Assembly: GCA_963725665.1 (NCBI GenBank)
Contig: CAVRZA010000002.1
Span: 224,001-288,000 of the forward strand
Reading direction: 5' to 3'
From: an uncultured Actinomycetes bacterium
GTDB lineage: Bacteria; Actinomycetota; Thermoleophilia; UBA2241
DNA length: 64,000 nt
In this document: positions 50,090 to 60,500 of the stretch, one piece after another
Position numbering within the stretch: position 1 is the first letter of the stretch
Layout: each line of letters starts with the position of its first letter
Translations under genes and position numbers: made by a program
Notes under the pieces: model-generated
What the model saw: the letters and a program-made list of their open reading frames with translations, nothing else
Database searches by the model: none
What the model was told of the DNA's origin: nothing

Positions 50090-51430
50090 ATGTTCGAGAA
50101 GGTCCTCATCGCCAACCGGGGCGAGATCGCCGTGCGTATCATCCGCGCCTGCCGCGAGCTCGGCATCGCGACCGTCGCCGTGTACTCGGAGGCCGACGCC
50201 GAGTCGCGGCACGTGACCTTCGCCGACGAGGCCGTCTGCATCGGGCCGCCGCCGGCGATCAAGAGCTACCTGCAGATGGATGCGCTCATCACGGCGGCCA
50301 AGACCCACGGCGCGCAGGCGATCCACCCGGGTTACGGCTTCCTGGCCGAAAACGAACGGTTCTCGGCGCTCTGTCGGGAGGAGGGCATCGCGTTCATCGG
50401 CCCTGCGCCCGAGTCGATCGCGCTCATGGGCGACAAGGCGGCGGCGCGGGCGACGATGACGGCCGCCGCCGTGCCAATCACGCCGGGGTCGGACGGCATC
50501 GTCGCCGACGTCGCCGCCGCGGAGCGGGTGGCGGGTGAGATCGGCCTGCCGCTCATGGTTAAGGCGGCCGGCGGCGGCGGCGGCAAGGGCATCCGCATCG
50601 TGCGCGATGCGGATGCCCTTGCCGCCGCCGTGCGCCAGGCGCAGAACGAGGCCGAGGCCGCGTTCGGCAACCCTGCCGTCTACCTGGAGCGCTACATCGA
50701 GGAGCCGCGCCACGTCGAGATCCAGGTGCTCGCCGATGCGCACGGCCACATTGTCCACCTCGGCGAGCGCGACTGCTCGATCCAGCGCCGCCACCAGAAG
50801 CTCATCGAAGAGGCGCCCTCGCCGGCCGTGGATCCGGAGACGCGCGCGGCCATGGGCGCCGCCGCCGTCGAGGCCGCGCGCGCGGCGGGCTACCAGGGCG
50901 CCGGCACCGTCGAGTTCCTCTTCAACGGGGAGGGGCGCTTCTATTTCATGGAGATGAACACGCGCGTGCAGGTCGAGCACCCCGTCACCGAGATGGTGAC
51001 CGGGATCGACATCGTCAAGACGGGCATCGCCATCGCCGCCGGTGAGCCGCTGCCGTTCACGCAGGATGACGTCGTGGTCGAGGGCCATGCCATCGAGTTC
51101 CGCATCAACGCCGAGGATCCCGCCAACAACTTCCTGCCCAGCCCGGGGCTCGTCGACGAGTGGGCTCCTCCCGGCGGCCCCTGGGTACGGATCGACAGCC
51201 ACGTCTACCAGGGCTACACGGTGCCGCAGTTCTACGACAGCTTGCTGGCGAAGCTGATCGTGTGGGGTCGCGACCGCGACGAGGCCATCCGCCGCGGGCG
51301 CTGGGCCCTCGCGCAGTTCAGGGTCGGCGGCGTCAAGACGACCATCCCCTTCCACCAGCATGTCCTCGACCACCCGCTGTTCGTCGCCGGCACCGTCTCG
51401 ACGCACTTCATCGACGATCACTTCGGGTGA
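50090..51430 (+). CDS. accC: biotin carboxylase
   Basis: KVLIANRGEIA, HPGYGFLAEN, GGGGKG, ERDCSIQRRHQK, EMNTRVQVEH, YDSLLAK. Confidence 0.93.
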   Translation: MFEKVLIANRGEIAVRIIRACRELGIATVAVYSEADAESRHVTFADEAVCIGPPPAIKSYLQMDALITAAKTHGAQAIHPGYGFLAENERFSALCREEGIAFIGPAPESIALMGDKAAARATMTAAAVPITPGSDGIVADVAAAERVAGEIGLPLMVKAAGGGGGKGIRIVRDADALAAAVRQAQNEAEAAFGNPAVYLERYIEEPRHVEIQVLADAHGHIVHLGERDCSIQRRHQKLIEEAPSPAVDPETRAAMGAAAVEAARAAGYQGAGTVEFLFNGEGRFYFMEMNTRVQVEHPVTEMVTGIDIVKTGIAIAAGEPLPFTQDDVVVEGHAIEFRINAEDPANNFLPSPGLVDEWAPPGGPWVRIDSHVYQGYTVPQFYDSLLAKLIVWGRDRDEAIRRGRWALAQFRVGGVKTTIPFHQHVLDHPLFVAGTVSTHFIDDHFG

Positions 51431-51573
51431 GAGTCGCCGACGAGCGGTCCAGTCCCCGCGCGTCCCCCGGGGGCGCACAAGGCCAGGCTCGCGAGTGTGG
51501 CGCTCATCGGCGGGGTAGGATAGGTGGCGAGTACGCTCGACCGTCTGAGGCGAGAGCACGATGAGGAGGGGCC

Positions 51574-52251
51574 ATGGCCTTGCTGCGCGATGAAGACGCC
51601 GCCAAGCTGCGTGAGATCTTCGAGGAGCGGCTTATGGGCGACGTCACGCTGGTGCACTACACGCAGCAGGAGAGCCGCCTTCTCGTGCCCGGCGCCGCTC
51701 AGTGCCCGTCGTGCAAGGACGCCCAAGCGCTCCTCGAGGAGGTCAGTGCGACGAGCGACAGGATCGAGCTCGAGGTGCACGACTTCGCCGCGGAGCTCGA
51801 CGAGGCGCAGGCGGCGGGGATCGACAAGATCCCGGCGACGCTGGTCAAGGGTGAGATGAGCGACGGGCGGGTGCGCTTCTTCGGACTGCCCTCGGGCTAC
51901 GAGTTCGCCAGCCTCATCGAGGACATCATCGACGTCGGCAGCGGCAGCAACGACCTGCCGATGGACACCCTGGAAGCCCTGCGCGGGCTGCAGAAGGACG
52001 TCCACATTCAGGTCTTCGTCACTCCTACCTGTCCGTACTGTCCTGCTGCGGTGCGCACGGCACATAAGTTCGCCATGGCGAGCGAGCACGTGCGCGCCGA
52101 CATGGTGGCGGCCGGCGAGTTCCCCCAGCTCTCGCAGCGCTACCAGGTCATGGCCGTGCCCAAGACCGTGATCAACGAGACCACGTCGTTCGAGGGCGCC
52201 GTGCCCGAGGATGCCTTCCTCCAGCGCGTGCTGGAGGCGGCCGGGAGCTAG
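51574..52251 (+). CDS. protein disulfide oxidoreductase (double thioredoxin fold)
   Basis: CPSC and CPYC motifs, RFFGLPSGYEF, AVPKTVIN. Confidence 0.88.
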   Translation: MALLRDEDAAKLREIFEERLMGDVTLVHYTQQESRLLVPGAAQCPSCKDAQALLEEVSATSDRIELEVHDFAAELDEAQAAGIDKIPATLVKGEMSDGRVRFFGLPSGYEFASLIEDIIDVGSGSNDLPMDTLEALRGLQKDVHIQVFVTPTCPYCPAAVRTAHKFAMASEHVRADMVAAGEFPQLSQRYQVMAVPKTVINETTSFEGAVPEDAFLQRVLEAAGS

Positions 52252-53144
52252 CTCTCGTCTTCGCCGGAGTCTTCGGCGACGGCGAAGCCGGCGGCCGCGA
52301 TCGCCTCGGCGAGCGCCTTGAAGGGCGCCGAGAGCAGCGTCTCGAGCTCGCTCGGGTCGGAGGCGCGTGCCGAGAGGGTGATGCGCAGCGCGCGCGCCTC
52401 GCCGAACTGCCGCGCGCGCGACTTGACGTAGACGCCCGGGTTGGCGGCGTCGACCTGCCGCAGGATGCCGGCGATCACCGACTCGTCCTGGAGCTCAGGC
52501 ACGACCAGCGAGCGCTCGTCGTAGCACGCGGGCCCGAAGAGCGCCGCCAGTCGCGGGGCGAGCGACTCGGAGACGATGGCGCGCAGCTCGCCGGGCACGC
52601 CGGGCAGCGAGACGACGGCACAGTCGTCGGTCTCGAGCCAGACCCCCGGGGCGCCGCCGACCGGGTTGACGAGCGGCTCGGCGCCGCCGGGCAGGAAGGC
52701 CATCTTGCGCCGCGCGTCGTTCATCTCCGCGGTGGGCACGTGCCCCGAACGGAAGAACTCCTCGTACTTCGCGCGCACCAGTCGCTCGGCCTCGGCGTTG
52801 AGCTCGAGGGGGTGGCCCGTGGCGAGGGCGACCCCGCGCAGGGTGAGGTCGTCCTCGGTCGGGCCCAGACCGCCGACCGTGAAGACGAGCTGCGGGCGGC
52901 GCGTCAGCGCCGCCCGCAGCTCGTCGGCTATCGCTTCTACCTCGTCGCGCACCAGGACGCAGCGACGCACCTGCCCGCCGAGCGCGGTCACTCGTCGGCA
53001 GAGCCAGTTCGAGTTGGTGTCGAGGACATCGCCGAGCAGCACCTCGTTTCCGGCGGCGAGGATCTCGACCGCCGGTGGTCCCTCGCGCGCCTCGGCCGAC
53101 GGGCGCAGCGGCGGTCCCTCGCGCCTCTCGGCCGACGGGCTCAT
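52248..53144 (-). CDS. CinA-like molybdopterin-binding domain protein
   Basis: GNEVLLGDVLDTNS, GGLGPTEDDLT, NPVGGAPG, LPGVPGE; 12-aa tandem repeat at N-terminus. Confidence 0.85.
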   Translation of the reverse strand: MSPSAERREGPPLRPSAEAREGPPAVEILAAGNEVLLGDVLDTNSNWLCRRVTALGGQVRRCVLVRDEVEAIADELRAALTRRPQLVFTVGGLGPTEDDLTLRGVALATGHPLELNAEAERLVRAKYEEFFRSGHVPTAEMNDARRKMAFLPGGAEPLVNPVGGAPGVWLETDDCAVVSLPGVPGELRAIVSESLAPRLAALFGPACYDERSLVVPELQDESVIAGILRQVDAANPGVYVKSRARQFGEARALRITLSARASDPSELETLLSAPFKALAEAIAAAGFAVAEDSGEDES

Positions 53145-53602
53145 CGGCGGAACACGCCGAGCAGGAGCCCGGAGAGGACGACGACGGCGACGACCCCCGC
53201 GAGGACGAGCAGCAGCAGGAGCAGCTTCACGATGAACGAGAGGACGACGAGCCCCGCCAGTGCCGTGAGGATGATGAACAGCCAGCGGCGCATGTTGCGC
53301 GCCTTCGTCTGGCCGGAGTAGCCCTCGACGAAGCTGGCCACCGAAGGACCGACGGCGCCGATGAGCAGCATGATCACGAGGACCATGCGCATGGCCGGAC
53401 CGGCGAGCAGGTAGCCGACGAAGATCGCGACGACGAGGATGATAGGGCCGTAGACACTCAGGATGGCCAACGGATCGCGGGAGCGCCCGGCCTTCTGCAG
53501 CTGGTGACGCCCGCGCAGCGCGCGGTAGAGACCGAGGGCGAACACGGCTGCGAACAGCCAGTAGACCCAGCTCAGGATGACCCCCTCTTCAGGGCATGAC
53601 AC
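53141..53602 (-). CDS. hypothetical membrane protein
   Basis: Four to five hydrophobic segments; overlaps the cinA-like start. Confidence 0.65.
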   Translation of the reverse strand: MSCPEEGVILSWVYWLFAAVFALGLYRALRGRHQLQKAGRSRDPLAILSVYGPIILVVAIFVGYLLAGPAMRMVLVIMLLIGAVGPSVASFVEGYSGQTKARNMRRWLFIILTALAGLVVLSFIVKLLLLLLVLAGVVAVVVLSGLLLGVFRR

Positions 53603-53666
53603 AACAAGGGCGCGAGAGGCTCGGGTCTCTCGCTTTGGCGTAGCTTACTAAAGCCGCCGGCGCCTG

Positions 53667-53768
53667 AAAAAAGGCAGCCCCACGGGGGGCGTGGGGCTGT
53701 GAAAGGAGCCATGGGGTGGTACCTGGGGGGGTACCTGCAATCCGAGTGGGGGCTCGGACTGCAAAACG
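53667..53768 (-). ncRNA. 6C-like small RNA (three C-loop hairpins plus U tract)
   Basis: UGCAGUCCGAG-CCCCCA-CUCGGAUUGCA; GGUACC-CCCCCA-GGUACC; CAGCCCCACG-CCCCC-CGUGGGGCUG then CCUUUUUU. Confidence 0.65.
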
Positions 53769-53771
53769 TGT

Positions 53772-53797
53772 ATCCCCCTGAGCGCTGCGGCTTAAAC
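53772..53797 (-). promoter_or_regulatory. SigB/SigF-like promoter
   Basis: Minus strand GTTTAA-N14-GGGGAT immediately upstream of the C-loop RNA. Confidence 0.55.
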
Positions 53798-53914
53798 CGG
53801 ACAATTTCGGTTTTCTTGCCGCGCTGAGCTTCCGCGTCGTGGGCTCCGGGCCCGGCCGGGCGACAGGCGTTCAGGCTCTGGCCGCCACGTGCCGACAAGA
53901 GGAGCGGCGGACCA

Positions 53915-55450
53915 ATGGACGGCGCACGCACAACATCCTTCGACGTCGAACGCGAGCGTCGCTCGCGCATCTGGCTGCTGTTCGGGGTCCTGGTCGTCCT
54001 GTTCTTCGCCGGCGTCTGGATCGTCGTCCTCTGCGTCGGCCTGGCGGCCTCGACGCTGCTCCTCGACACGCGGGTCCTCTGGCTGACGTTCACCCTTCCC
54101 GGCCTCGTCACCCTTCTTCTGGCCGCCGCGGGTTTGGCTTGGCTCTACTGGCGGCTGAGCCGTCTCGGGGCCGAGCAGCGCCTGCTGGCCGCCATGCACG
54201 CACGGCCGCTCGACCCGCACGATCGCTACCACCAGCGCCTCCAGAACATCGTCGACGAGATCGCCATAGCCGGGGGCTGCCCTCGTCTGTACTGCGTGGT
54301 CGTCCCCACCGTGGGGATGAACGCCTTTGCCTTCAGCGACTTCGCCGGCGGCGGCACCATCGGCGTGACCGAGGGCGCCCTCGCGCGGCTCAGTCGGGAG
54401 CAGCTCCAAGGGGTGGTGGCCCACGAGGCGGCTCACGTCCTCTGCGGCGACTGCGCCACGGTGACCGCGGCCTGCCTGTTGTTCGGTGTCTACTCCAGCG
54501 CCGTTGCCGGACTCGGGGGCGTCGAGTCGTGGTCCGATGGCGACCGTGAGTCGACGGGCCTGGCACAGGGGCTGTTCGCCCCGCTGGTCCTGGCCTCGGC
54601 TCTCATCAGCAGCGCCATCTCGCGGCAACGTGAGTACAGGGCCGATGCCGCGGCTGTGCGCTATACGCGAGACCCCCTCGGCTTGGCTCAGGCACTCGGC
54701 ATGATGGCGCGCCACCCGAGCGGGGCCGGCTGGATCCCTTACGGACTCGCCGCACTCTGCATAAGGCCGACGGGCTGTTCTGCCTTCGACTGGCTGGACC
54801 GTCTCGCGGAGACCCACCCGCCCACAGACAAGCGCATCGCCGTGCTGCTGCAGCTGGGAGCTGTCAGCACGGCCTCGTTCGTGTCGCGCTCGTCTGAGGC
54901 CGAGGAGGCCTTGGAGCAGCGGGAGCATCTCAGCCGGCCGCCGGCGACCAAGGCCGGCGTAGCGGTGGCGGCCGGTCTTGGCCCCGGAGTGCTCCAGGCG
55001 GCCACGGACGTGACCGGCACGGCGAGCGCTGCGGCCACATCCTCCGCGGCCGGCCCGCACTGTCCGGCCTGCGGCGCTACGCTGCGGCCCGCCGACTACG
55101 AGGGCGTGCCGGTCCTTGCTTGTGCGGCTTGTGGGGGCCGACTGGCATCCCCGCAGGCGATCGGCAAGATCCTGGCGCGGCGGGAGGTGGGGTTCACGGA
55201 TGAGCAACGGCGTCTGGCCGTGTGCACCGCGAGCGAGGGCGATCACCTGCGGCGCCAGGTGGTCCTATCGCGCGGGCGTGACCCACGCGGCCACAAGCCC
55301 TGTCCTCTGTGCGGGAAGAAGATGGTGCGCCGCCACTTCGATCTGCAGCACGCCGTCGAGGTCGACAGCTGCGTGGTCTGCGACCGGGTCTGGTTCGAGA
55401 AGGACGAGCTTGAGGTCCTCCAACTGCTCGTGGAGGGTGAGGTGGGCTAA
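53915..55450 (+). CDS. HtpX-like M48 metalloprotease with C-terminal zinc ribbons
   Basis: NAFA, HEAAH, SRQREYRADA, THPP; CPACG...CAACGG and CPLCG...CVVC-WF. Confidence 0.88.
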   Translation: MDGARTTSFDVERERRSRIWLLFGVLVVLFFAGVWIVVLCVGLAASTLLLDTRVLWLTFTLPGLVTLLLAAAGLAWLYWRLSRLGAEQRLLAAMHARPLDPHDRYHQRLQNIVDEIAIAGGCPRLYCVVVPTVGMNAFAFSDFAGGGTIGVTEGALARLSREQLQGVVAHEAAHVLCGDCATVTAACLLFGVYSSAVAGLGGVESWSDGDRESTGLAQGLFAPLVLASALISSAISRQREYRADAAAVRYTRDPLGLAQALGMMARHPSGAGWIPYGLAALCIRPTGCSAFDWLDRLAETHPPTDKRIAVLLQLGAVSTASFVSRSSEAEEALEQREHLSRPPATKAGVAVAAGLGPGVLQAATDVTGTASAAATSSAAGPHCPACGATLRPADYEGVPVLACAACGGRLASPQAIGKILARREVGFTDEQRRLAVCTASEGDHLRRQVVLSRGRDPRGHKPCPLCGKKMVRRHFDLQHAVEVDSCVVCDRVWFEKDELEVLQLLVEGEVG

Positions 55451-55491
55451 GAGGGGCAAGAGCAGGGCCCGATGCGGATACAATGCCCTCC

Positions 55492-56709
55492 ATGCCCGAC
55501 GTGTTCGACAGCGCCGCCGTGCCCCGCCCCGGCGGCACCGCTGCTGTGCCGCGATCCCTCTTCATCACCAACGACTTCCCGCCGCGCGTGGGCGGGGCGC
55601 AGTCCTACTACTGGCGGCTGATCCAGACGCTCGATCCCGCTGAGGTGGTGGTGCTGGCGCCGGCCGACCGCGACGCGGCCGACTTCGACGCCGGGCATCC
55701 CTACACTGTGGTGCGCACGAAGACGTCGATCCTGTGGCCGCTGCCCGCCCTTCGCCGCCTCGCCGGCGAGCTTATCGAACGGTACGGGATCGAGCTCGTG
55801 CAGCTGGGGCACCCGCTGCCGGCGGGCATGGTGGGACCATGGCTCAAGTACGATCTGCGCGTGCCCTATCTGGTGTTTCTCGGAGGGGCGGAGGTCACGG
55901 GGCCGGGCTCCGTGCCGGGCGGGCGCGAGCTGCTGCGCTGGGTGCTGGGTTCGGCAGCGATGCTGGTCACCGTGAGCGAGTTCACCGCTTCGGCTGCGTC
56001 TCGTCAGGTGGGCGGGCGCGTGCCGGCTTGCGTGATGCGGCCCGCGATCGACCCCGAGCGCTACACGCCGGCGACGGCCGCCGAGGCGGCCGCCGAGAAG
56101 CGTGCGCTCGGGGTGCACGGGCCGCTGGTCGTCTGCGTGGGGCGCCTGGTGCTGCGCAAGGGCCAGGACAGGCTGATCGAGGCCCTTGCGCGGCTGGATC
56201 CCGTGATCGGCGACGCCCTGGGACCGGTGGAGCTGGCGCTGGTCGGTCACAGCCCGACCGGGCCTCTGTATCGTCGTCTCGCCGCGCGCGTCGGGGTTGC
56301 CGACCGCGTGCGCTTCGTCGGTGAGGTCTCCGACGAGGACCTGCACCGCTGGCTGCGGGCCGCCGACGTCTTCGCCATGCCGAGCCGCACGCGCCTCGGC
56401 GGCCTCGAGGTCGAGGGCTTCGGCCTCGTCTACGCCGAGGCGGCGCTCGCCGGCCTGCCGGTCATCGCCGGCTCGTCCGGCGGCGCCCCCGAGGCTGTGG
56501 TGGCGGACGACGACGGCGTCAGCGGCCTCGTCGTCGACGGCTCTTCGGCCGCCGAGGTCGCCGCCGCCATCGGCGTCCTGCTCACGCTGAGCGACCAGGA
56601 GCGGCGCGTGATGGGCGAGCGCGGCCGCAGGCTGGCGCTCGCCCGTCACGCGCCGCAGGTCGCCAGAACGCGCTACCGCGAGCTGCTGCGACGAGCAGTC
56701 GGTGGGTGA
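55492..56709 (+). CDS. GT4 glycosyltransferase (PimB'-like)
   Basis: ITNDFPPRVGG, RLVLRKGQD, EGFGLVYAEA, SGGAPEAV. Confidence 0.88.
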   Translation: MPDVFDSAAVPRPGGTAAVPRSLFITNDFPPRVGGAQSYYWRLIQTLDPAEVVVLAPADRDAADFDAGHPYTVVRTKTSILWPLPALRRLAGELIERYGIELVQLGHPLPAGMVGPWLKYDLRVPYLVFLGGAEVTGPGSVPGGRELLRWVLGSAAMLVTVSEFTASAASRQVGGRVPACVMRPAIDPERYTPATAAEAAAEKRALGVHGPLVVCVGRLVLRKGQDRLIEALARLDPVIGDALGPVELALVGHSPTGPLYRRLAARVGVADRVRFVGEVSDEDLHRWLRAADVFAMPSRTRLGGLEVEGFGLVYAEAALAGLPVIAGSSGGAPEAVVADDDGVSGLVVDGSSAAEVAAAIGVLLTLSDQERRVMGERGRRLALARHAPQVARTRYRELLRRAVGG

Positions 56710-56766
56710 GGGTCTTTCACAAGCGGGCATCGTCGGTGTAGCCTCTGCCCGTTGAGAGGAGGCAAC

Positions 56767-57471
56767 GTGTCGCCGAGACGACATCCTGTGCTGTTCGCCC
56801 TGGTCGCGCTGCCAACGGCGTTCGCCGTCGGCTGCCTGCCGACCGCCCGGCTGGTCATTTGGCTCTTTGGGGGCGGGCGGGAGGCCGTCGTCGAGGGCAA
56901 AGCGGGCGCCGACTCGGTCCGCCGCAGCGTGGGCGTCGGACCCGCCATCGCCACGGGCGTCATCGATGCCTTAAAGGGCTACACCATCGCGCGTCTCGCG
57001 CGGCACTACGGCGCCGGCCGCAACCTCACCGGTGCGCTCGCCGTCGCGCCGCTCATCGCGCACGTGATGGTGGTCCGTGGACGAGGCGCGTCCACTGCTG
57101 TCGGCACAGCCTTCGCCATCGACGAGCCGACGATGCTTGTCGCAGGGGTACCCGGCGTCGCGGGCAGCATCGCCAAACACCACGCGTTCAGCGTCATGAT
57201 CGGAGCCATCACCTACGTGCCCGTCCGCTGGGTCTTCTGCCGCGCCTGGTCGGCTCCGCTTTGGGGCCTCGTCATGGTCTGTGTACTCGCCTATGCGCGC
57301 CTGCGCGGCGAGGGCAACGGCCTGCCGCGACGCCTGACGCGCGAGCTCGCCTGGAACCGCTTCTGGTACGACAACGACCGCCCGCGCCGGGCGCCGGGCG
57401 CCGAGCCCGAGACGGCGGTCGACTCGGCGGAGACGGAGGTTTCGCCGGCTCACGTGGCGGCGCAGGAGTAA
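56767..57471 (+). CDS. PlsY-like glycerol-3-phosphate acyltransferase family membrane protein
   Basis: GCLPTA...GADSVRR...DALKG...H...RGRGAST resemble the PlsY motifs. Confidence 0.65.
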   Translation: MSPRRHPVLFALVALPTAFAVGCLPTARLVIWLFGGGREAVVEGKAGADSVRRSVGVGPAIATGVIDALKGYTIARLARHYGAGRNLTGALAVAPLIAHVMVVRGRGASTAVGTAFAIDEPTMLVAGVPGVAGSIAKHHAFSVMIGAITYVPVRWVFCRAWSAPLWGLVMVCVLAYARLRGEGNGLPRRLTRELAWNRFWYDNDRPRRAPGAEPETAVDSAETEVSPAHVAAQE

Positions 57472-57529
57472 GGCTCCTTCTGGCCGGCGTCTCCTACCGG
57501 CTGACGCCCGTCCTCACAATGCTCTGTCG

Positions 57530-60500
57530 TCACCCGGTCCGACCCGGCCGCGTGCGGGGCTCGACGACCGGCAGGTCGTCAAGCCCCTCGGCCGGGTCGG
57601 CCTTCGGCCAGCGGTGGTCCTGCCGTGAGGGTGCGGGGTAGCGCGGGTCGGGCGCCATCGGCCCGAGCCAGGGGCGTTCCGGCGGCGGTCCCGTGACCGG
57701 AGGGTGCTCTCCTCCCCCGGTTGTGTGGCGGTCGCCGCGCGGGAGGGTGCCACGGTCGCGGGGGGCCGACGGGGCGGTCGGTCTCTGGACGGTCGAGCGG
57801 CTTCCGTTGCCCGCTCCTCGCTTGAGGATCCCCGGGTCCCTGATCGCGGCCATGAGATCGAAGATGCGCTGCGCGACGACGGCCAGGCCGCGCTCGTCGT
57901 TGTTCTGCAGCTCGCCCTCGACGAGCAGGTAGACCGTCTCCTTAAGCAGCTTGCCGTAGCGCAGGAAGACGTCGTTGAAGACCACCACCTCGGCCATGCC
58001 GGTCTCGTCCTCGAGGGTGAGGAAGAGGGTGCGGTGACCGGAGCGGATCCAGGGCATCTGCGCCCGCTCGAGCACGCCGGCGAGGCGGATGCGCGTGCCG
58101 TCGCGCACCTCGACCAGGCGCGCGAAGGGCACGCAGCGCAGGCGCCGCATGCCCTCACGCGCGAAGGCCAGCGGGTGGGCGCTCACGTTGAGGTGCAGCA
58201 CCTCGAGCTCGGCGCGCACGCGGTCGGCGTCGCTCCACGAGGGGATGAAGGGCATCGGCGCCAGCTCGTCGTCGACGACGAGCGCCGTCTGCGCCGATGG
58301 GTCGGGGTTCGCTGGGCCTGCGGGCGGGGCGGGGGTCTCGGGGGGGCGGCCTCGCGGTGATAGACCTGCGGGTGGGGGTGGGGCCTCAGGACGCCCGCTC
58401 GCGCCTGCGGCGCTCACTAAGCGTCCTTCGACCCCACCCCCACCCTCCGGCCTGCGCGAGTCGCGCACTGAGTCCCCGCCCTCCGGTTCCCGTTTGGCAA
58501 CCACCCACCGGGGCAAGCCGACGTCGCCGGACGGCGACCGCTGCAGGGAGCCGGGCTTCACCCCCATGACGCGGGCGTGGATGAGCGGCACCTGCACGAG
58601 GAGCTCCTCGCGGCGCACGCCGAGGGCGTCGAAGGCGCCCACGCGCACCAGGTTCTCGACGATCTCGACGCTCACCCGCGTGCGCTCGCAGAAGTCGCCC
58701 AGCGAGCGGTAGGGTCCGCCGTTGTCGGGCGCGCGCTGCGCGATGATGGCCCGCATCGCCGCGCCGCTCATCTCCTTGACGTACTTGAGGCCGACGCGCA
58801 GCGCGCGCCCGTCGTCCTCGGGCGAGAAGCCGGGTTCGCTCAGGTTCACGTCCAGAGGCCGGATCGCGAGGGGCCAGCGACGCGCGTCGTTGAGCACCAC
58901 GCGGGGCGAGTAGAAGCCCATCGGCCAGTTGTTGAGGATGCCGCAGAAGAACTCGGCCGGGTAGTGCGCCTTGAGCCAGGCGCTGGCGTTGCAGACGACG
59001 GCGAAACAGGCGGCGTGCGCCTTGTTGAAGCCGTAGGCGGCGAAGCCGCGCAGCTGGCGGAAGACGTCTTCGGCGGTCGCGCGCTCGACGCCGTTGGCGA
59101 CCGCCTTCTCGACGAACAGGCGGCCGAGCTCGTCCATCTCCTCCATGGAGCGGTCGTGCGTCATGGCGCGGCGCAGCATGTCGCCCTCCGACAGCGAGAA
59201 GCCGGCGATGGCCGAGGCGACCTCGATGACCTGCTCCTGGTAGAGGATGACCCCGTAGGTGCGCTGCAGCGCCGGCCACATGGCGGCGTGCAGTACGGCG
59301 GCGGGCTCCTTGCCGTGCCGGCGCCTGATGAAGGGTCCGATCATCTCGGCCTGCAGCGGCCCCGGGCGAAAGAGCGAGATGGCGGCGATCACGTCTTCGA
59401 AGTCGCGCTCGCGCAGGCGCGTGGCCAGGTTGCGCTGCCCCGAGCTCTCGAGCTGAAAGACGCCCACTGTGCGCGCCTCGCGTATGAGCTTGTAGACCTC
59501 GGGATCGTCGCGCGGCAGGGTCCAGGGGTCGATGCGCTCGCCGGTGCGCGCCGCGATGCTTGCCACGGCCTCGGCGATGGCGGAGTGCATCTTGAGACCC
59601 AGGATGTCCATCTTGACGAGGCCCAGCGTCTCGACGTCGTCCTTGTCGAACTGGGCCACGATCACACCCTTGGCCGCCCACTGCAGGGGCACGCGGTCGG
59701 TGAGCCGCTCGCGGGCGAGGATGAAGCCGCCCAGGTGTGTACCCAGGTGCATGGGGTAGCCGGCGAGGCGCTCGGCGAGGGCGACGAAGCGGCTGTAGTG
59801 CGGGAGCTGGAACTCGTGGTCGGCGAGCTCGGGGCGCTCAGCGACCATCTCGCCGAGGTTGGAGGCGCTCCCCCAGGGGACGCGCCGGGAGAGGCGGTTG
59901 ACCTCGCCCGGGGTGTGGCCGAAGGCCTTGGCGACGATGCGCACCGCCGAGGGTGCGTGCACGGTGTTGACGGTGGCCACCATGGCCACCTTGTCGTGGC
60001 CGAAGCGCTCGTAGATGAAGGCGATGACCTCGTCGCGGCGCGCGGAGTCGAAGTCGATGTCGACGTCGGGCATCTCGCGCCGGGAAGGATTGAGGAAGCG
60101 CTCGAAGAGGAGGTCGTGCGCGATGGGGTCGGCGTCGGTGATGCGCAGCACGTAGCTCACGATGCTGTTGCCGGCCGAGCCGCGGCCCGAGTAGAGGATG
60201 CCGCGGGCGCGCGTGAACTCGACGATGTCGCGCACGGCGAGGAAGTACTCCGCGAAGCCGAGCTCCTCGATCACCTTGAGCTCGCGGTTGAGGCGGTCGA
60301 GCACCTCGGGCGTGAGCGGGTCGTAACGCTCCTGGGCACCGGCGAAGCAGTGCTTGCAGAGGAGCGAGAAGGCGGTCTCGCCGGGCGGCAGGGGATAGGC
60401 GGGGAAGAGGAGCTGCCCGAGGCCCAGGTCGAGGGTGCAGCGTGCGGCGATGCGTTCGGCGTTGCGGTAGGCCTCGGGGTGGCGGCGGAGGAGGCGCCAC

